A stretch of 64,000 bases of DNA from Candidatus Krumholzibacteriota bacterium (GTDB lineage: Bacteria; Krumholzibacteriota; Krumholzibacteriia; JAJRXK01). This document shows positions 52,180-63,032 of the stretch, one piece after another (positions within the stretch are counted from its first letter, which is position 1; every line of letters begins with the position of its first letter). The translations under genes were made by a program, and so were the position numbers. Under the pieces are notes generated by a model. It searched no databases. It saw nothing but the letters and a program-made list of their open reading frames with translations, and was not told the origin of the DNA. The stretch is taken from positions 1-64,000 of the forward strand of contig CAVSGG010000009.1 in the NCBI GenBank assembly GCA_963727455.1, read 5' to 3'.

Positions 52180-53040
52180 TCAGAGGGTTTTTTGACGCAG
52201 ACGATCGCGCGTCAGGACGCGAACGCCAATGTTGATCAAGAACACGAAAAGAAGCAGGACCAACGCGCCTGCCCAAGCCTGACGATGCCAATCATCGTAG
52301 GGCGAGATGGCATACGAAAAGATCTGCAGGGGCATGGCCGCGATGGGATCGGTCAACCGGTGCGTCCAGAATTGATTTCCGAAAGCAGTGAACAGGAGTG
52401 GTGCGGTCTCTCCCGCGATCCGCGCCAGCGCCAAAAGAGCTCCGGTCACGATTCCCTTGAGCGCGGTGCGCGCCACGATTCGGACCGTGACACGCCAGGG
52501 TGCGATCCCCAGGGCGAGCGCCGCTTCTCTGTAGCCGTTCGGTACCAGCTGCAGCACTTCCTCGGTGGTTCGCATGATCAAGGGGATCATCATCAAGCCC
52601 AGCACGATCCCGCCGGCCAGGGCGGAAAAACCCTTCATCGGCACCACCACGATGGCCCACACCACCATTCCCCACACGATGGAGGGTACGCCGTTGATGA
52701 CGTCAGCCGCAAAACGAATCCACCAATTCGCGCTGGAAGTGCCGTATTCGGACAGATAGATGCCGCCGAGGACCCCGACCGGAATCCCCAGGAGCGAGGC
52801 CAGACCGATGAGGATTCCGGTGCCGACGATGGCATTCGCCATGCCGCCGCCGGCCTCTCCAACCGGCTTGGGTAACTGCGTGAAAAAGTCCCAATTGATG
52901 GCGCCCAGTCCCTGACTGAGAAGATGGTAGAAGACCAGCATCAAGGGCGTGATGACCAGAAGGGCGCACAGGAACGCAGTGCCCCGCATGAGGGCATTCA
53001 TGAAGTTGCGCCGCCGGTGGTGCACCTTGTCCCACATCAT
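52180..53040 (-). CDS. pstA: Phosphate ABC transporter permease PstA
   Basis: [26 protein letters not shown] and [11 protein letters not shown]. Confidence 0.93.
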   Translation of the reverse strand: MMWDKVHHRRRNFMNALMRGTAFLCALLVITPLMLVFYHLLSQGLGAINWDFFTQLPKPVGEAGGGMANAIVGTGILIGLASLLGIPVGVLGGIYLSEYGTSSANWWIRFAADVINGVPSIVWGMVVWAIVVVPMKGFSALAGGIVLGLMMIPLIMRTTEEVLQLVPNGYREAALALGIAPWRVTVRIVARTALKGIVTGALLALARIAGETAPLLFTAFGNQFWTHRLTDPIAAMPLQIFSYAISPYDDWHRQAWAGALVLLLFVFLINIGVRVLTRDRLRQKTL

Positions 53041-54016
53041 TGTCTGTGCCTCACTCCGGGTCCGCCCAGGGCTTTGAGCAGAATCTGCGCGAGGATGTTG
53101 GTCAGGACCGTCACGCCCAAGAGCACCAGCCCCAGCTCGAAGAGAGATCCCAAGTAGAGTTCCGTCGTGGCCTCGGTGAATTCGTTCGCGATGACGCTGG
53201 CCAGAGTGTAGCCGGGAGCCAGAAGCGAGGCCGTGATCTCGGGCCGGTTGCCGATGACCATCGTCACCGCCATGGTCTCCCCCAGCGCGCGCCCCAGTCC
53301 CAGAATCACCGCGCCGAAGAGCCCTTTCTTGGCGAAGCTCAGCACTGCGATCCGCGTGACCTCCCAGTGCGTCGCGCCCAGGGCGTAGGCCGCTTCACGT
53401 TGCAGACCGGGAACCGAACGCAGGATTTCCCGGGAGACCGAGGTGATGATGGGGATGATCATGATGGCGACGATGATCCCCCCGGCCAGCATGCTGACCC
53501 CGTAGATCGGCCCCTTGAAGAGCGGCAGAAAACCGAGGGTACTCATGCAGCAATGGAAACACGTGGATCCGCAGCCAGGGCACCATGACGAAGATGCCCC
53601 ACAAGCCGAGAATGACGCTGGGGATGGCGGCGAGCAGTTCGATGCAGCATCGTCAGAGGCTGGCGCAACCACTGCGGCGCCATCTCGGTGAGAAAGACCG
53701 CGGTCGCAATGCTGAGCGGAACCGCGATGAGCAGCGCGATGGCCGAGGAGACGATGGTCCCGAAGATGAAGGGCAGGGCCCCGAAGTTTTCGGCCACCGG
53801 ATCCCAGGTCGGTGAGACCAGAAAGCGCCAGCCGAATTTGCGCAGCGCCAGATGTGAACCCTTGGCCAGTTCGAATCCGATCAAGCCGATCAGGACGAAC
53901 ACCGCGAGGGCCATCAGCAGAGTGAGCCACTTGAAGGCGCGGTCGCCGAAATGGCGACCGCCCTTCAAGGCTCTCGCGGGCAGACGCGCGTGCGTGGGTG
54001 TGGTCGTATCGCTCAA
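53037..54016 (-). CDS. pstC: Phosphate ABC transporter permease PstC; two apparent frameshifts (~53545, ~53645)
   Basis: [29 protein letters not shown] and [10 protein letters not shown]; TTG start overlaps the pstS stop. Confidence 0.88.
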
Positions 54017-55032
54017 AACTGGATGGTCTCGATCCGCTTCAGAACCCGCTCTTGCAGGTTCTCCGGCAGGGGGGCGTAATCCAGCGACTGGCCATGGACT
54101 CACCCTCGGTCTACCGCCCACTTCAGGAACTCGACCAGCTTCTTGCCCTTGGCCGGGTCCTTCTGCTTTTGGTAGACCAAGAGCCAGGTGCAGCCGGCGA
54201 TGGGATAGGCCTGGTCGCCGGGCGAGTTGACCATCGAGAAACGGAAATCCTCGGGGATCTCGGCGGTGGCGAAGGCCTGCGTGACGGACTCCAGGGTGGG
54301 CGTAATGAAGTTCCCCGCGGCGTTCTTCAGGTCGGCGAACGGCGAGCTTGTTTTGCGTGGCGTAGGCCAACTCCACGTAGCCGATGGCGCCGGGCAGCTG
54401 CTTGACCTGCCCGGCGACGCCCTCGTTGCCCTTGCCGCCCAAACCGGTCGGCCAGTTCACCGAAGTGTTCTTGCCCACCTTCTGAGCCCATTCCTCGCTC
54501 ACGCTGGACAGGTAATCGGTGAAGATGTAGCTGGTGCCGCTGCCGTCCGTGCGGTGCACCACGATGAGGTCCATGCTTGGGCAAGCTCCACCCCGGGATT
54601 TTGCGCCGCGATCCTCGGGTCGTTCCACTTGGTGATCTTGCCCAGGAAGATGTCCGACCACGGTGTGCCCATCGAGCTTGAGTCGGGGATTGCCCGGCAG
54701 GTTGTAGGTGCAGCCACGACCGCGCCGGCCACGGTGGGGATGTGCAGCAGCTTGCCCGGTGCCTTGGCCAGATTTTCGTCGCTCATCGGGCCATCCGAGG
54801 CGCCAAAATCCACGGTCTGGGCCAGAATCTGCTTCTGCCCGCCGCCGGAACCGATGGACTGATAGTTGAAGCGGACCGAGGGATCCACCTTGGCGTACTC
54901 GTGGAACCACTTGGAATAGAGCGGGTAGGGAAAGGTCGCCCCTGCGCCGTTGATGAGCATTTGCGCATTCGCGCCGTCTTGCGTGAACACCAGGCAGATG
55001 GCGCACAGCGCCAAGAGCAAGGCCTTTTTCAT
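54013..55032 (-). CDS. pstS: Phosphate-binding protein PstS; several apparent frameshifts (~54090-54720)
   Basis: [41 protein letters not shown] and GKGNEGV...IGYVE spread across frames. Confidence 0.88.
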
Positions 55033-55128
55033 CGGATTTTCTCCCTTAACTTGCCGGCTTGAGGGCCCGACGGCCCCATCTCGTGCTCAACGAACAAGCT
55101 TCATATAAGCAGGAAAGGAAGTGCTTAG

Positions 55129-55157
55129 TGTGAGAGAAGTGTGAGGATTCGATGAAG
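55129..55157 (-). promoter_or_regulatory. PHO-box-like direct repeats upstream of pstS
   Basis: Minus strand CTTCATC-gaat-CCTCACA-cttc-TCTCACA: three units at exact 11-bp period. Confidence 0.6.
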
Positions 55158-55251
55158 GCGCAGTGCGCCGTCGAGGAGCGGTGGGGCACCGCCCCCAGGA
55201 CCCAAAGCGAACGGCGCGATTGGAGCGCTTTTGCGCCCCTTCGACGGCGAA

Positions 55252-56775
55252 TCAGGATCGTGAAGGCAGCAGCGATCCCATCTCGACTTCGGGGTAGAGT
55301 TCGCCGAAAGACTTGATCTCCCTGCTGCCGATCCGCTTGTAGACGCGGTTGCGGCCCAGCTGCTCCAGATCGTCGACGCCGGCGGCCGCCACCAGATCCA
55401 AGAACTCGCTCACCACTGCATGGTGGTAGTTTTTCACCCGGACCCACTTGTCCTGCACCACCAACCCGCGCCGCAGGTGTGGATCGTTGGTGGCCACGCC
55501 GCTGGGACAGCGGTTCGTGTGACACTTGAGAGCCTGGATGCAGCCGAGCGCCAGCATCATTCCGCGGGCGGCATTGCAGACGTCCGCTCCCAGACACATC
55601 GCGCGGAAGAGGTCGAAGGCGGTGAGGATCTTGGTCGCCACGATGACCCTGATGTCCTGCTTCAGATCGTAGCCGCGCAAGAGATCGCACACGCAAATGA
55701 GGCCTTCCTCCAGCGGCATGCCCACGTAGTTGGAGAAGTCGATGGGAGCGGCGCCGGTGCCACCCTCCGCCCCGTCCACGGTGACGAAGTCGGGCTTGAT
55801 ACCGCTGGCCACCATCTCCTGGCAGATCTCCCTGAATTCGTCGCGGTTGCCCACGCAGAGCTTGAAGCCCACCGGCTTGCCTTGTGCCGCCTCTCGTAGC
55901 TGGCCGACGAACTCGAGCAGCCCGCGCGCATCGCGAAACGCCGTGTGGCCCGGCGGGCTGATGACGATGGTGTGTGGCTGCACGCCGCGGATCTCGGCAA
56001 TCTCATGGTTGTTCTTGGCCGCCGGAAGCACCCCGCCGTGTCCCGGCTTCGCTCCCTGGGAGAGCTTGATCTCGATCATCTTCACTTCGGGGCGCGCGGC
56101 CTGCTCGCGAAAACGATCCAGAGAGAAGCTGCCGTCCGGATTGCGGCAGCCGAAATAGCCGGTGCCGATTTCATACACCAGGTCGCCACCCTGCAGGTGG
56201 TAGGGAGAGATTCCTCCCTCTCCGGTATCGTGAAAGAACTGCCCCTCACGCGCCGCCAGATTGAGCGCGGTGACGGCATTCGAACTCAGAGCGCCGAAGC
56301 TCATGGCGGAGATGTTGAAGACGCTGGCCGAATAGGGTTGTCGACACTGGGGCCCGCCGATTTTGACCCGGGGTGCTTCGCTCATGCGGGCGCTGGGATA
56401 GATCGAGTGGTGCATCCACTCGTAACCCGAACGGTAGACGTCGAGTTCGGTGCCGAAGGGATGATTTTGCTGGACGCGCTTGGCCCGCTCGTAGACATAG
56501 GCCCGGTGGTTACGGTCGATGGGCTTGCCGTCGGTCCCGTCTTCCACGAAGTACTGATGCAGCTCGGGGCCGATGGACTCGAGCAGATAGCGGAAATGCC
56601 CGATGAAGGGGAAATTGCGCAGGATGGTGTGCTTTTTCTGGAAGACGTCGTACAGACCGATCAAGATGGCGGGGCCGAGGAGAATGAGACTGTAGAGGAC
56701 CGGCGGCCAGAAGAGTGAGAGCGCCGCCACTGCGGCCAGCACCGCCAGGCTTCCGAGCAAGAACGGGATCTTCAT
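55252..56775 (-). CDS. FMN-binding glutamate synthase family protein (stand-alone, YerD-like)
   Basis: SAMSFGALS, DTGEGG, KLSQGAKPGHGG, VDGAEGGTGAAP and GCIQALKCHTNRCP; N-terminal TM helices. Confidence 0.9.
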   Translation of the reverse strand: MKIPFLLGSLAVLAAVAALSLFWPPVLYSLILLGPAILIGLYDVFQKKHTILRNFPFIGHFRYLLESIGPELHQYFVEDGTDGKPIDRNHRAYVYERAKRVQQNHPFGTELDVYRSGYEWMHHSIYPSARMSEAPRVKIGGPQCRQPYSASVFNISAMSFGALSSNAVTALNLAAREGQFFHDTGEGGISPYHLQGGDLVYEIGTGYFGCRNPDGSFSLDRFREQAARPEVKMIEIKLSQGAKPGHGGVLPAAKNNHEIAEIRGVQPHTIVISPPGHTAFRDARGLLEFVGQLREAAQGKPVGFKLCVGNRDEFREICQEMVASGIKPDFVTVDGAEGGTGAAPIDFSNYVGMPLEEGLICVCDLLRGYDLKQDIRVIVATKILTAFDLFRAMCLGADVCNAARGMMLALGCIQALKCHTNRCPSGVATNDPHLRRGLVVQDKWVRVKNYHHAVVSEFLDLVAAAGVDDLEQLGRNRVYKRIGSREIKSFGELYPEVEMGSLLPSRS

Positions 56776-56837
56776 GGGACCAACTCCTCGCTTCTCTCGT
56801 CGATTCGGTTCGCGGATCAGGATAGGGGAACTTAGAG

Positions 56838-57644
56838 ATGAAATCATCTCATGAGACGCCCAGGCTGAGCGTCGAGGGACTGCTTCTCGACCTGGACGGC
56901 GTGTGCTGGGTCGCTGACGCGCCGATCCTGGGCGCGGCTGGCGCGATCGAAGCACTGAAGGTGGCCGAGCTGCCGCTGCGTTTCGTCACCAACACGACCC
57001 GGCGCTCACGGCGCGCGCTGGCCGAGAAGGCAGCTCGACTCGACCTCCCGATCGCCGAAGAGGAGATCATGACCGCGCCGCAGGCCGCCCTGGCCTGGCT
57101 GCGTGCGCGTGGACTGCCCCGCTGCCGGCTGCTGGTGGATGCCTGCCTCCTCGACGAATTGTCCGATCTGCCGAGCGACGAGGCGCACCCCGAGATCATT
57201 CTGATGGGCGACCGTGAGGAGGAATGGAGCGAGGCGCTGCTGCAATCGATTTTCGAGCAGCTGATGGGGGGCGCGGAGCTGGTGGCGCTGCACAAGGGTC
57301 GCTACTGGCAGACCGCGGACCGCCTGCGCTTGGATTTGGGCGTGTACGTGGCGGGGCTGGAATACGCCAGCGGCAAAAGAGCGCAAGTGATGGGCAAGCC
57401 CTCGTGCGAATTCTTCGCGCAGGCTGCGTCGGACCTCGGACTTGCTGTTAGTTCGCTCGCGCGCATCGCCATGGTGGGCGACGACGTGCTCAGCGACGTG
57501 GGCGGCGCGCAGAATTGTGGGCTGCAAGGAGTCCTGGTGCGCACCGGAAAGTACCGCGCGGATGCGGTCGCCCGCAGCGGAGTCCATCCCAACTTCACGG
57601 TGGACTCGATCGCGGAGCTGCCGGGATTGCTCGGGATCGATTGA
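56838..57644 (+). CDS. HAD-IIA hydrolase (LHPP/NagD-like)
   Basis: DLDGV, VTNTT, GKPS, MVGDD..SDV.GA and VRTGKYR. Confidence 0.88.
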   Translation: MKSSHETPRLSVEGLLLDLDGVCWVADAPILGAAGAIEALKVAELPLRFVTNTTRRSRRALAEKAARLDLPIAEEEIMTAPQAALAWLRARGLPRCRLLVDACLLDELSDLPSDEAHPEIILMGDREEEWSEALLQSIFEQLMGGAELVALHKGRYWQTADRLRLDLGVYVAGLEYASGKRAQVMGKPSCEFFAQAASDLGLAVSSLARIAMVGDDVLSDVGGAQNCGLQGVLVRTGKYRADAVARSGVHPNFTVDSIAELPGLLGID

Positions 57645-57722
57645 GCGCTCGGTGGCGCCATTTCGGCGCCGAGAACGCACCCTCGCCACCGAGCCAGCTC
57701 ACGAGGGCCTCGGGCTGGTAGA

Positions 57723-59684
57723 CTACTTCACCAGCACCGCGGCCCGCGTTTGACTCCCGCCGGCCGTCGAGAGCAGCACCCGGTACACACCGCTCGCGAG
57801 CCTCGCGCCGCTGTCATCCCTTCCATCCCAGCGCAGTTCGTGCGGGCCTGAAGTGAGCTGGCCCTCGAAGAGGCGGCGCAGCATCCGCCCGCGCACGTCG
57901 TAGATCTCCACCTTTACCTGCCCCGCTTGCGCCAGTTCGAAGGACACCGTGGTGTGCGGATTGAAGGGATTCGGATGCAGCGGATGCAGCCGGGTGACCC
58001 GCTTCGCCGGTGCCGAGGTCACAACGCAGCTGCCGCGTGGAATTCCATGGCCCGTCTCGTCGAAGGCGCGCACCGATGTCAACGAGTACACCTCCTCGCC
58101 ACTGCTCACGAAGAATCCAGGGTCGATGTGCACCGTCCCCGCTTGGGCGTCCGCCCACACGATGTGCAGGAGCCCCGGCTCCTTCAGCGACCAGCTCAGG
58201 TTTCCGTGATCCGCGCTCACGAAGGCCACATCCTGGTGGGTGGGATCGAAGCTGAGCTCTAGCTCCGCCCCGGCCGCGCCCTCGAGCACGATCGAGTCGT
58301 AACCGTCCGCGGGATCCGGATAGGCGCAGGCCTCGGTTCCGGTCGCGCCCGCAGTGAGGCCCGCGATCATGCGATTGAAGAGCACCCCGTCGCCGGCATC
58401 GGCTTCGCCATTTTCGTTGAGATCGGCGCGGCAGTGGGTCATGTCGTCGGCCTGAAGGCTGCCACTGGCCAAGGCCAGGGCCGCATCGCGATCGGTCTCA
58501 TCGACGAGATCGTCGTCGTAGACGTCCCCCTTCTCACAGCCAATGCGAATCCAGGCGGGGCCTTCCCTGGGGAGCAGGCTGCCGTTCCAGGTCCAAGTAC
58601 CTCCCTTCCATTTCGCTGCGAAATCAGTCGCGGGAGAGAAAGCGGCTGGGGAATTCCCCAGACGATAGTCCACCTCGAAGATACGAGTATCGTTGTGGAT
58701 TCCCTGCCCTCCCCCGGCAAGCACTTCGAGGTGCCCCGGGGCATCCTGCACCACGCTCAGCTCCATGCCATTGGCCTCAGCTTGCGGGCTGAGACGAACG
58801 GATTCCACCGTTGCCAGATTGCTGTCCCAGTCGAGGTAGGCGCGCACCGAATCGTAAGCGGTGCAGTACTGTATTGCCTGGGGAATACGTGCACAGTATT
58901 CCTCGTCGAAGTCGTTCAGCCGATCGCGCGGGATCCCGAAGGTTTTGCGATCCGCACCGCAGCTTTCGCTCCACATGTGCAGAGATAAGGGAACGGTCAA
59001 CAGCTCTCCGGGATCAGCGCCGTGATCGGTCGAAAGCAGTGCGTACTTTTGCGTGATCATGAGAATGACACAGTCGAAATCGTCCGTTCGTTGTGCACGT
59101 CGACGATCGTAGGGCAGGTTCCAGGCGGCAGGAAGCATCGGGGCATCGCCGCAGCTCTGGGTCTGCACGTAGTCGCCGTCGTAGGGAAGCAGAATCAGGT
59201 CGCTATAGAATTCCTGATCTATCGAATACACTGCAAAGAACACGGTCAACAGGAGCACGGGCCCGTCGCTGTGGATGCAGCCGTCCGTGCGCACGAGATC
59301 GAAATACCCCTCCTCGGTCCGCCCACCGACCTCCTCGATTCCGGGTGCAGTCTGGATCTCATTGGGAAAGGGCCCATCTAGAGAGAGGGGCGGGTAGCTT
59401 CCGGTATTCAAGTCCTCGACGCGAAAGCGCGCACGGTGCAGACCGTTCGGTCCCGGCCTTGCCACCACGTAAAATGCGATTGTATCGAAGTAACGGAGTA
59501 TCCCGGTAGCTAATGGAGGCTCGAAAAGCCCCTGGGGGCTGGTGAAGATGCCGATTTCGCCCGGGCGCAGGGGTACGGCGGTATCTGCGTGTGCCGGGCC
59601 GATGAGTGCGAGAGGGGCCAGCAGTCCTAGAAAGAAGAATCCGCAGGCGAGAGCCATGGGGGAAAGGCGGGTTCGCATTGGCAT
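57723..59684 (-). CDS. Secreted protein with cohesin-like, dockerin-like and FlgD-Ig C-terminal domains
   Basis: Signal peptide (AHA); GDVYDDDLVDETD...ADLNENGEADAGD duplicated Ca loops; PNPFNPHT...WDGRDDSG..LASGVY. Confidence 0.7.
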   Translation of the reverse strand: MPMRTRLSPMALACGFFFLGLLAPLALIGPAHADTAVPLRPGEIGIFTSPQGLFEPPLATGILRYFDTIAFYVVARPGPNGLHRARFRVEDLNTGSYPPLSLDGPFPNEIQTAPGIEEVGGRTEEGYFDLVRTDGCIHSDGPVLLLTVFFAVYSIDQEFYSDLILLPYDGDYVQTQSCGDAPMLPAAWNLPYDRRRAQRTDDFDCVILMITQKYALLSTDHGADPGELLTVPLSLHMWSESCGADRKTFGIPRDRLNDFDEEYCARIPQAIQYCTAYDSVRAYLDWDSNLATVESVRLSPQAEANGMELSVVQDAPGHLEVLAGGGQGIHNDTRIFEVDYRLGNSPAAFSPATDFAAKWKGGTWTWNGSLLPREGPAWIRIGCEKGDVYDDDLVDETDRDAALALASGSLQADDMTHCRADLNENGEADAGDGVLFNRMIAGLTAGATGTEACAYPDPADGYDSIVLEGAAGAELELSFDPTHQDVAFVSADHGNLSWSLKEPGLLHIVWADAQAGTVHIDPGFFVSSGEEVYSLTSVRAFDETGHGIPRGSCVVTSAPAKRVTRLHPLHPNPFNPHTTVSFELAQAGQVKVEIYDVRGRMLRRLFEGQLTSGPHELRWDGRDDSGARLASGVYRVLLSTAGGSQTRAAVLVK

Positions 59685-59783
59685 GTACTCCTCGATTCGG
59701 GAGCCTTTTCGATCCTACTCCTTCCATCACACTGCCCGCAAGTTCGATCCGCGAAATCCCTGCACATCAGATCATGGCAAGTG

Positions 59784-59814
59784 AAAAGGGAACTCAAAAC
59801 CTGAGTTCCCCTTT
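59784..59814 (-). terminator. Intrinsic terminator downstream of nrdJ
   Basis: GGGAACTCA-5 nt-TGAGTTCCC stem with T-tracts on both strands. Confidence 0.7.
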
Positions 59815-59905
59815 CCCATCCGACCGATTGGTTGGATTGATGATCTGCTTTCAGCCTTCCACGGTCTGTGTTTCAGCCCCGGTCAGCGTCTCAGCGGCAT
59901 AGGCC

Positions 59906-62809
59906 TCAGCTACAACCGCTCGTCGATCCGCAGTTGATGCAGCGATAGCAGCTGCCATTGCGCACCATCACCGAGCCACACTCCGCGCACGGCGGTGCAT
60001 CGCTCTGCAACTCGAAGACGACTTTCTCGTTGGCCAGCACGGTGGCGGCGCGAATCCTCTTTTTCTCGCTGCCGTTGCCGTTGCCATGAGTCTTGGCGCT
60101 TTCGCTGGCGCTGTTCGTCTCGCCCGCGCCACCCAGCTCGGCCGCATTGCCCAATGCGCCCGCAGCGCCCAACGCGCTCGCGCCTCCCAAATCGCCGGCA
60201 TCGCCCAGCTCGTTCGCGTTCAGCTCGGACATCGCCAGCGGTTCGCTCGGATCGATCCCGGGAAGTTGAACGACGGGGGTCTGAACCTTCCCCCCCTCGA
60301 ACTTCAGCGCCAGCCAGCGGAAGATGTAATCCATCAAACTCTTGGCGTGGGGAACTTCCGGGTTGTTGGTGAAGCCGCTGGGCTCGAAACGGCTGTGACT
60401 GAACTTGTTCACCATCACGTGCAGCGGCACTCCGTACTGCAACATGATGCTCACCGCGGTAGCGAAGGCGTCCATGAGACCCGAGATGACCGAGCCCTCC
60501 TTCGCCATGCGCACGAAGAGCTCACCCGGCCGGCCGTCTTCGAAGAGACCGACGGTGATGTAACCCTCGTGCCCGCCGATGGAGAACTTGTGGGTCAGGG
60601 CCGGACGTTCGTCGGGCAGGTGGCGGCGCAGCGGCGCGTACTCGGGCTTCGCCTCCTGCTTCGTCACCACCGTCGCCTTCTTCTGCCCCGTGTTGAGCGG
60701 CTGCAGACGCTTGGAGCCGTCGCGATACACCGCAATGGCCTTGAGTCCCATGTGCCAGGCCTCGATGTAACAATTCGTGATGTCCTCCACCGTGCAGTTC
60801 TCGGGCAGGTTCACCGTCTTGGAGATCGCGCCCGAGAGGAAGGGCTGCACCGCGCCCATCATGCGTACGTGTCCCATGTGGTGAATGGATCGCTGGCCGT
60901 TGACCGCCTTGAAGGCGCAGTCGAAGACCGCGAGGTGCTCGTCCTTCAATCCGGGTGCGCCCTCGATCGTCTCGTGCTCGTCGATGTAGGCCACGATCGC
61001 CTTGCTCTCGTTCTTGGAGTAGCCCAGACGCGCCAGAGCCTCCGGGACGGTGCGGTTGACGATCTTGAGCATGCCGCCGCCCACCAGCTTCTTGTATTTC
61101 ACCAGCGCGATGTCGGGTTCGACGCCCGTGGTGTCGCAGTCCATCATGAACGCGATGGTTCCCGTCGGAGCCAGCACCGTGACCTGAGCATTCCGAAAGC
61201 CCTCACGTTCACCCAGCTCGTAGGCCTCACGCCAAGAATCGCGCGCCGCCTGCATCATCTCTGCGGGCACTGCGCTCTCGTCGATCTTTCCACCGCGGCG
61301 CGGTGCTTCTCGATCACCTCGAGCATGGGTTCGCGGTTCTCCGCATAGCCCGGGAAGGGTCCCAGGCTGCCGGAGATCGCCGCGCTCTGCCGGTAAGCGC
61401 GACCGGTGAGAAGGGCGGTGATCGAAGCGGCGTAGTTGCGGCCCTCGTCGCTGTCGTAGGGAACTCCCCGGCTCATGAGCAGCGCACCCAGGTTCGCGTA
61501 TCCCAGACCGAGGGTACGGTACTCATGGCTCCGCTCCGCGATGAGCGGCTTGGGATAGCTTGCGTTGTCGACGATGATCTCCTGGGCCAGGATCGTGAGA
61601 TCGACCGCGTGCTCAAAGGCCTCGACGTCGAATTCGCCGCGCTCGTCGCGGTATTTCAGAAGATTCAACGAAGCGAGATTGCAGGCGGTATCGTCGAGGA
61701 ACATGTATTCGCTGCAGGGATTGCTGGCGTGGATGCGATCGCTGTTCTTGCAGGTGTGCCAATCGTTGATCGTCGTGTCGAATTGCATCCCCGGATCACC
61801 GCAGACGTGCGCGCTCTCGGAAATCATGCGCATGAGATCGCGCGCGCGATAGGTGTCCATCGACCCGTCCGTCCCGCACGGCGTGCGTCGTCCACTCGCC
61901 GTCCTCGACCACGGCCTTCATGAATTCGTCGCTGACCCGGACCGAGTTGTTGCCGTTCTGGAAGTACACCGAGTTGTAGGCGGTTCCCGAGAAGGAACCG
62001 TCGTAGCCGGCGTCGATCAGCGCCCAGGCCTTGCGCTCTTCCTCCACCTTGCAGTTGATGAAATCGACGATGTCGGGATGGTCGGCGTTCAGGATGACCA
62101 TCTTCGCGCTGCGCCGGGTCTTGCCGCCGCTCTTGATGACGCCCGCGAAGGCATCGTAGCCCTTCATGAAACTCACCGGCCCGGAGGCCACTCCTCCGGT
62201 GGAAAGGCCTTCGCGAGAGGAACGCAGAGGAGAGAGGTTGCTGCCGGTCCCCGAGCCCCACTTGAAGAGCATGCCCTCGGTCTTGGCCAGCTCCATGATC
62301 GAGTCCATGCTGTCGTCGACCGAGTTGATGAAGCAGGCCGAACACTGCGGCTTGGTCTCCACCCCCATGTTGAACCAGACCGGACTGTTGAAGCTCATCA
62401 TCTGGTAGACCAGCATGTGGGTGAGGTCGTCGCGGAAGGCATCACGATCGTCGTCGCTCGCGAAGTACCCCCCTTCGCTACCCCAGCGCACGAGGGTGTC
62501 CACCACGCGCATGATGATCTGCCGCACGCTGCTCTCGCGGCCGGGCTCTCCTACCGTACCCCGGAAATACTTGGAGACCACGACGTTGGTGGCCAGCTGC
62601 GTCCACGCGGCCGGCACTTCCACATCCTTCTGCTCGAAGAGCACTTCGCCCTTGTCGTCGGTGATCGTCGCGGTTCGCAGTTCCCAATCCAGTGTGTCGA
62701 AGGGATGCACCCCCGGCTGCGTGAAGCGGCGCTCCACGCGGATCCCCTTGCGTACTGCTCGTCCCTTTTTGCTCCGCCCGACTGCGAGCTTGGTTTCCTG
62801 CGACGCCAT
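59906..62809 (-). CDS. nrdJ: Class II (B12-dependent) ribonucleotide reductase with TSCPD and Zn-ribbon C-terminus; two apparent frameshifts (~61288, ~61862)
   Basis: FNSPVWFN, PQCSACFI, IKSGGKTRR, SNPCSEY.FLDDTACNLAS, APTGTI, AISKTVN and C..CG...C..CG.TSGCS. Confidence 0.93.
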
Positions 62810-62945
62810 AAGCTCATCCTCTCCTCGTCCATGAGTTGACTTATTCTTTTTTTGCGACGGAATCCCTGGTGGGTTCCGGCGGCGTTCCGGACTGGGGCAA
62901 AGGTCTAAGACCCTGGGAATTCTAAAGATGCGATGACGGGCGCCA

Positions 62946-62999
62946 ACACAAGATCTAGTGCCCTGAGGCGCAACGTACCACAAGACCTTGGGTCGTCAA
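62946..62999 (-). promoter_or_regulatory. Tandem NrdR boxes overlapping the nrdJ sigma70 promoter
   Basis: ACACAAGATCTAGTG (62946-62960) and CCACAAGACCTTGGG (62978-62992), 32 bp apart; minus strand TTGACG-16-TACGTT. Confidence 0.8.
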
Positions 63000-63032
63000 C
63001 GGCAAATCTACGATCGAGGAAATTGGGCTGAT

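Noticed and set aside
53865-53882. GTTCGAATCC resembling a tRNA T-loop
   Set aside because: Lies inside pstC coding sequence with no cloverleaf around it.
59906-62809. Split or intein-containing nrdJ, or programmed frameshifting
   Set aside because: The three ORF pieces join seamlessly with single-base corrections; no intein motifs or clear slippery-site-plus-structure signal.
62810-62945. Cobalamin riboswitch in the nrdJ leader (or before mutA)
   Set aside because: No recognisable B12-box, and the mutA gap is only 57 nt; a covariance-model search would settle it.
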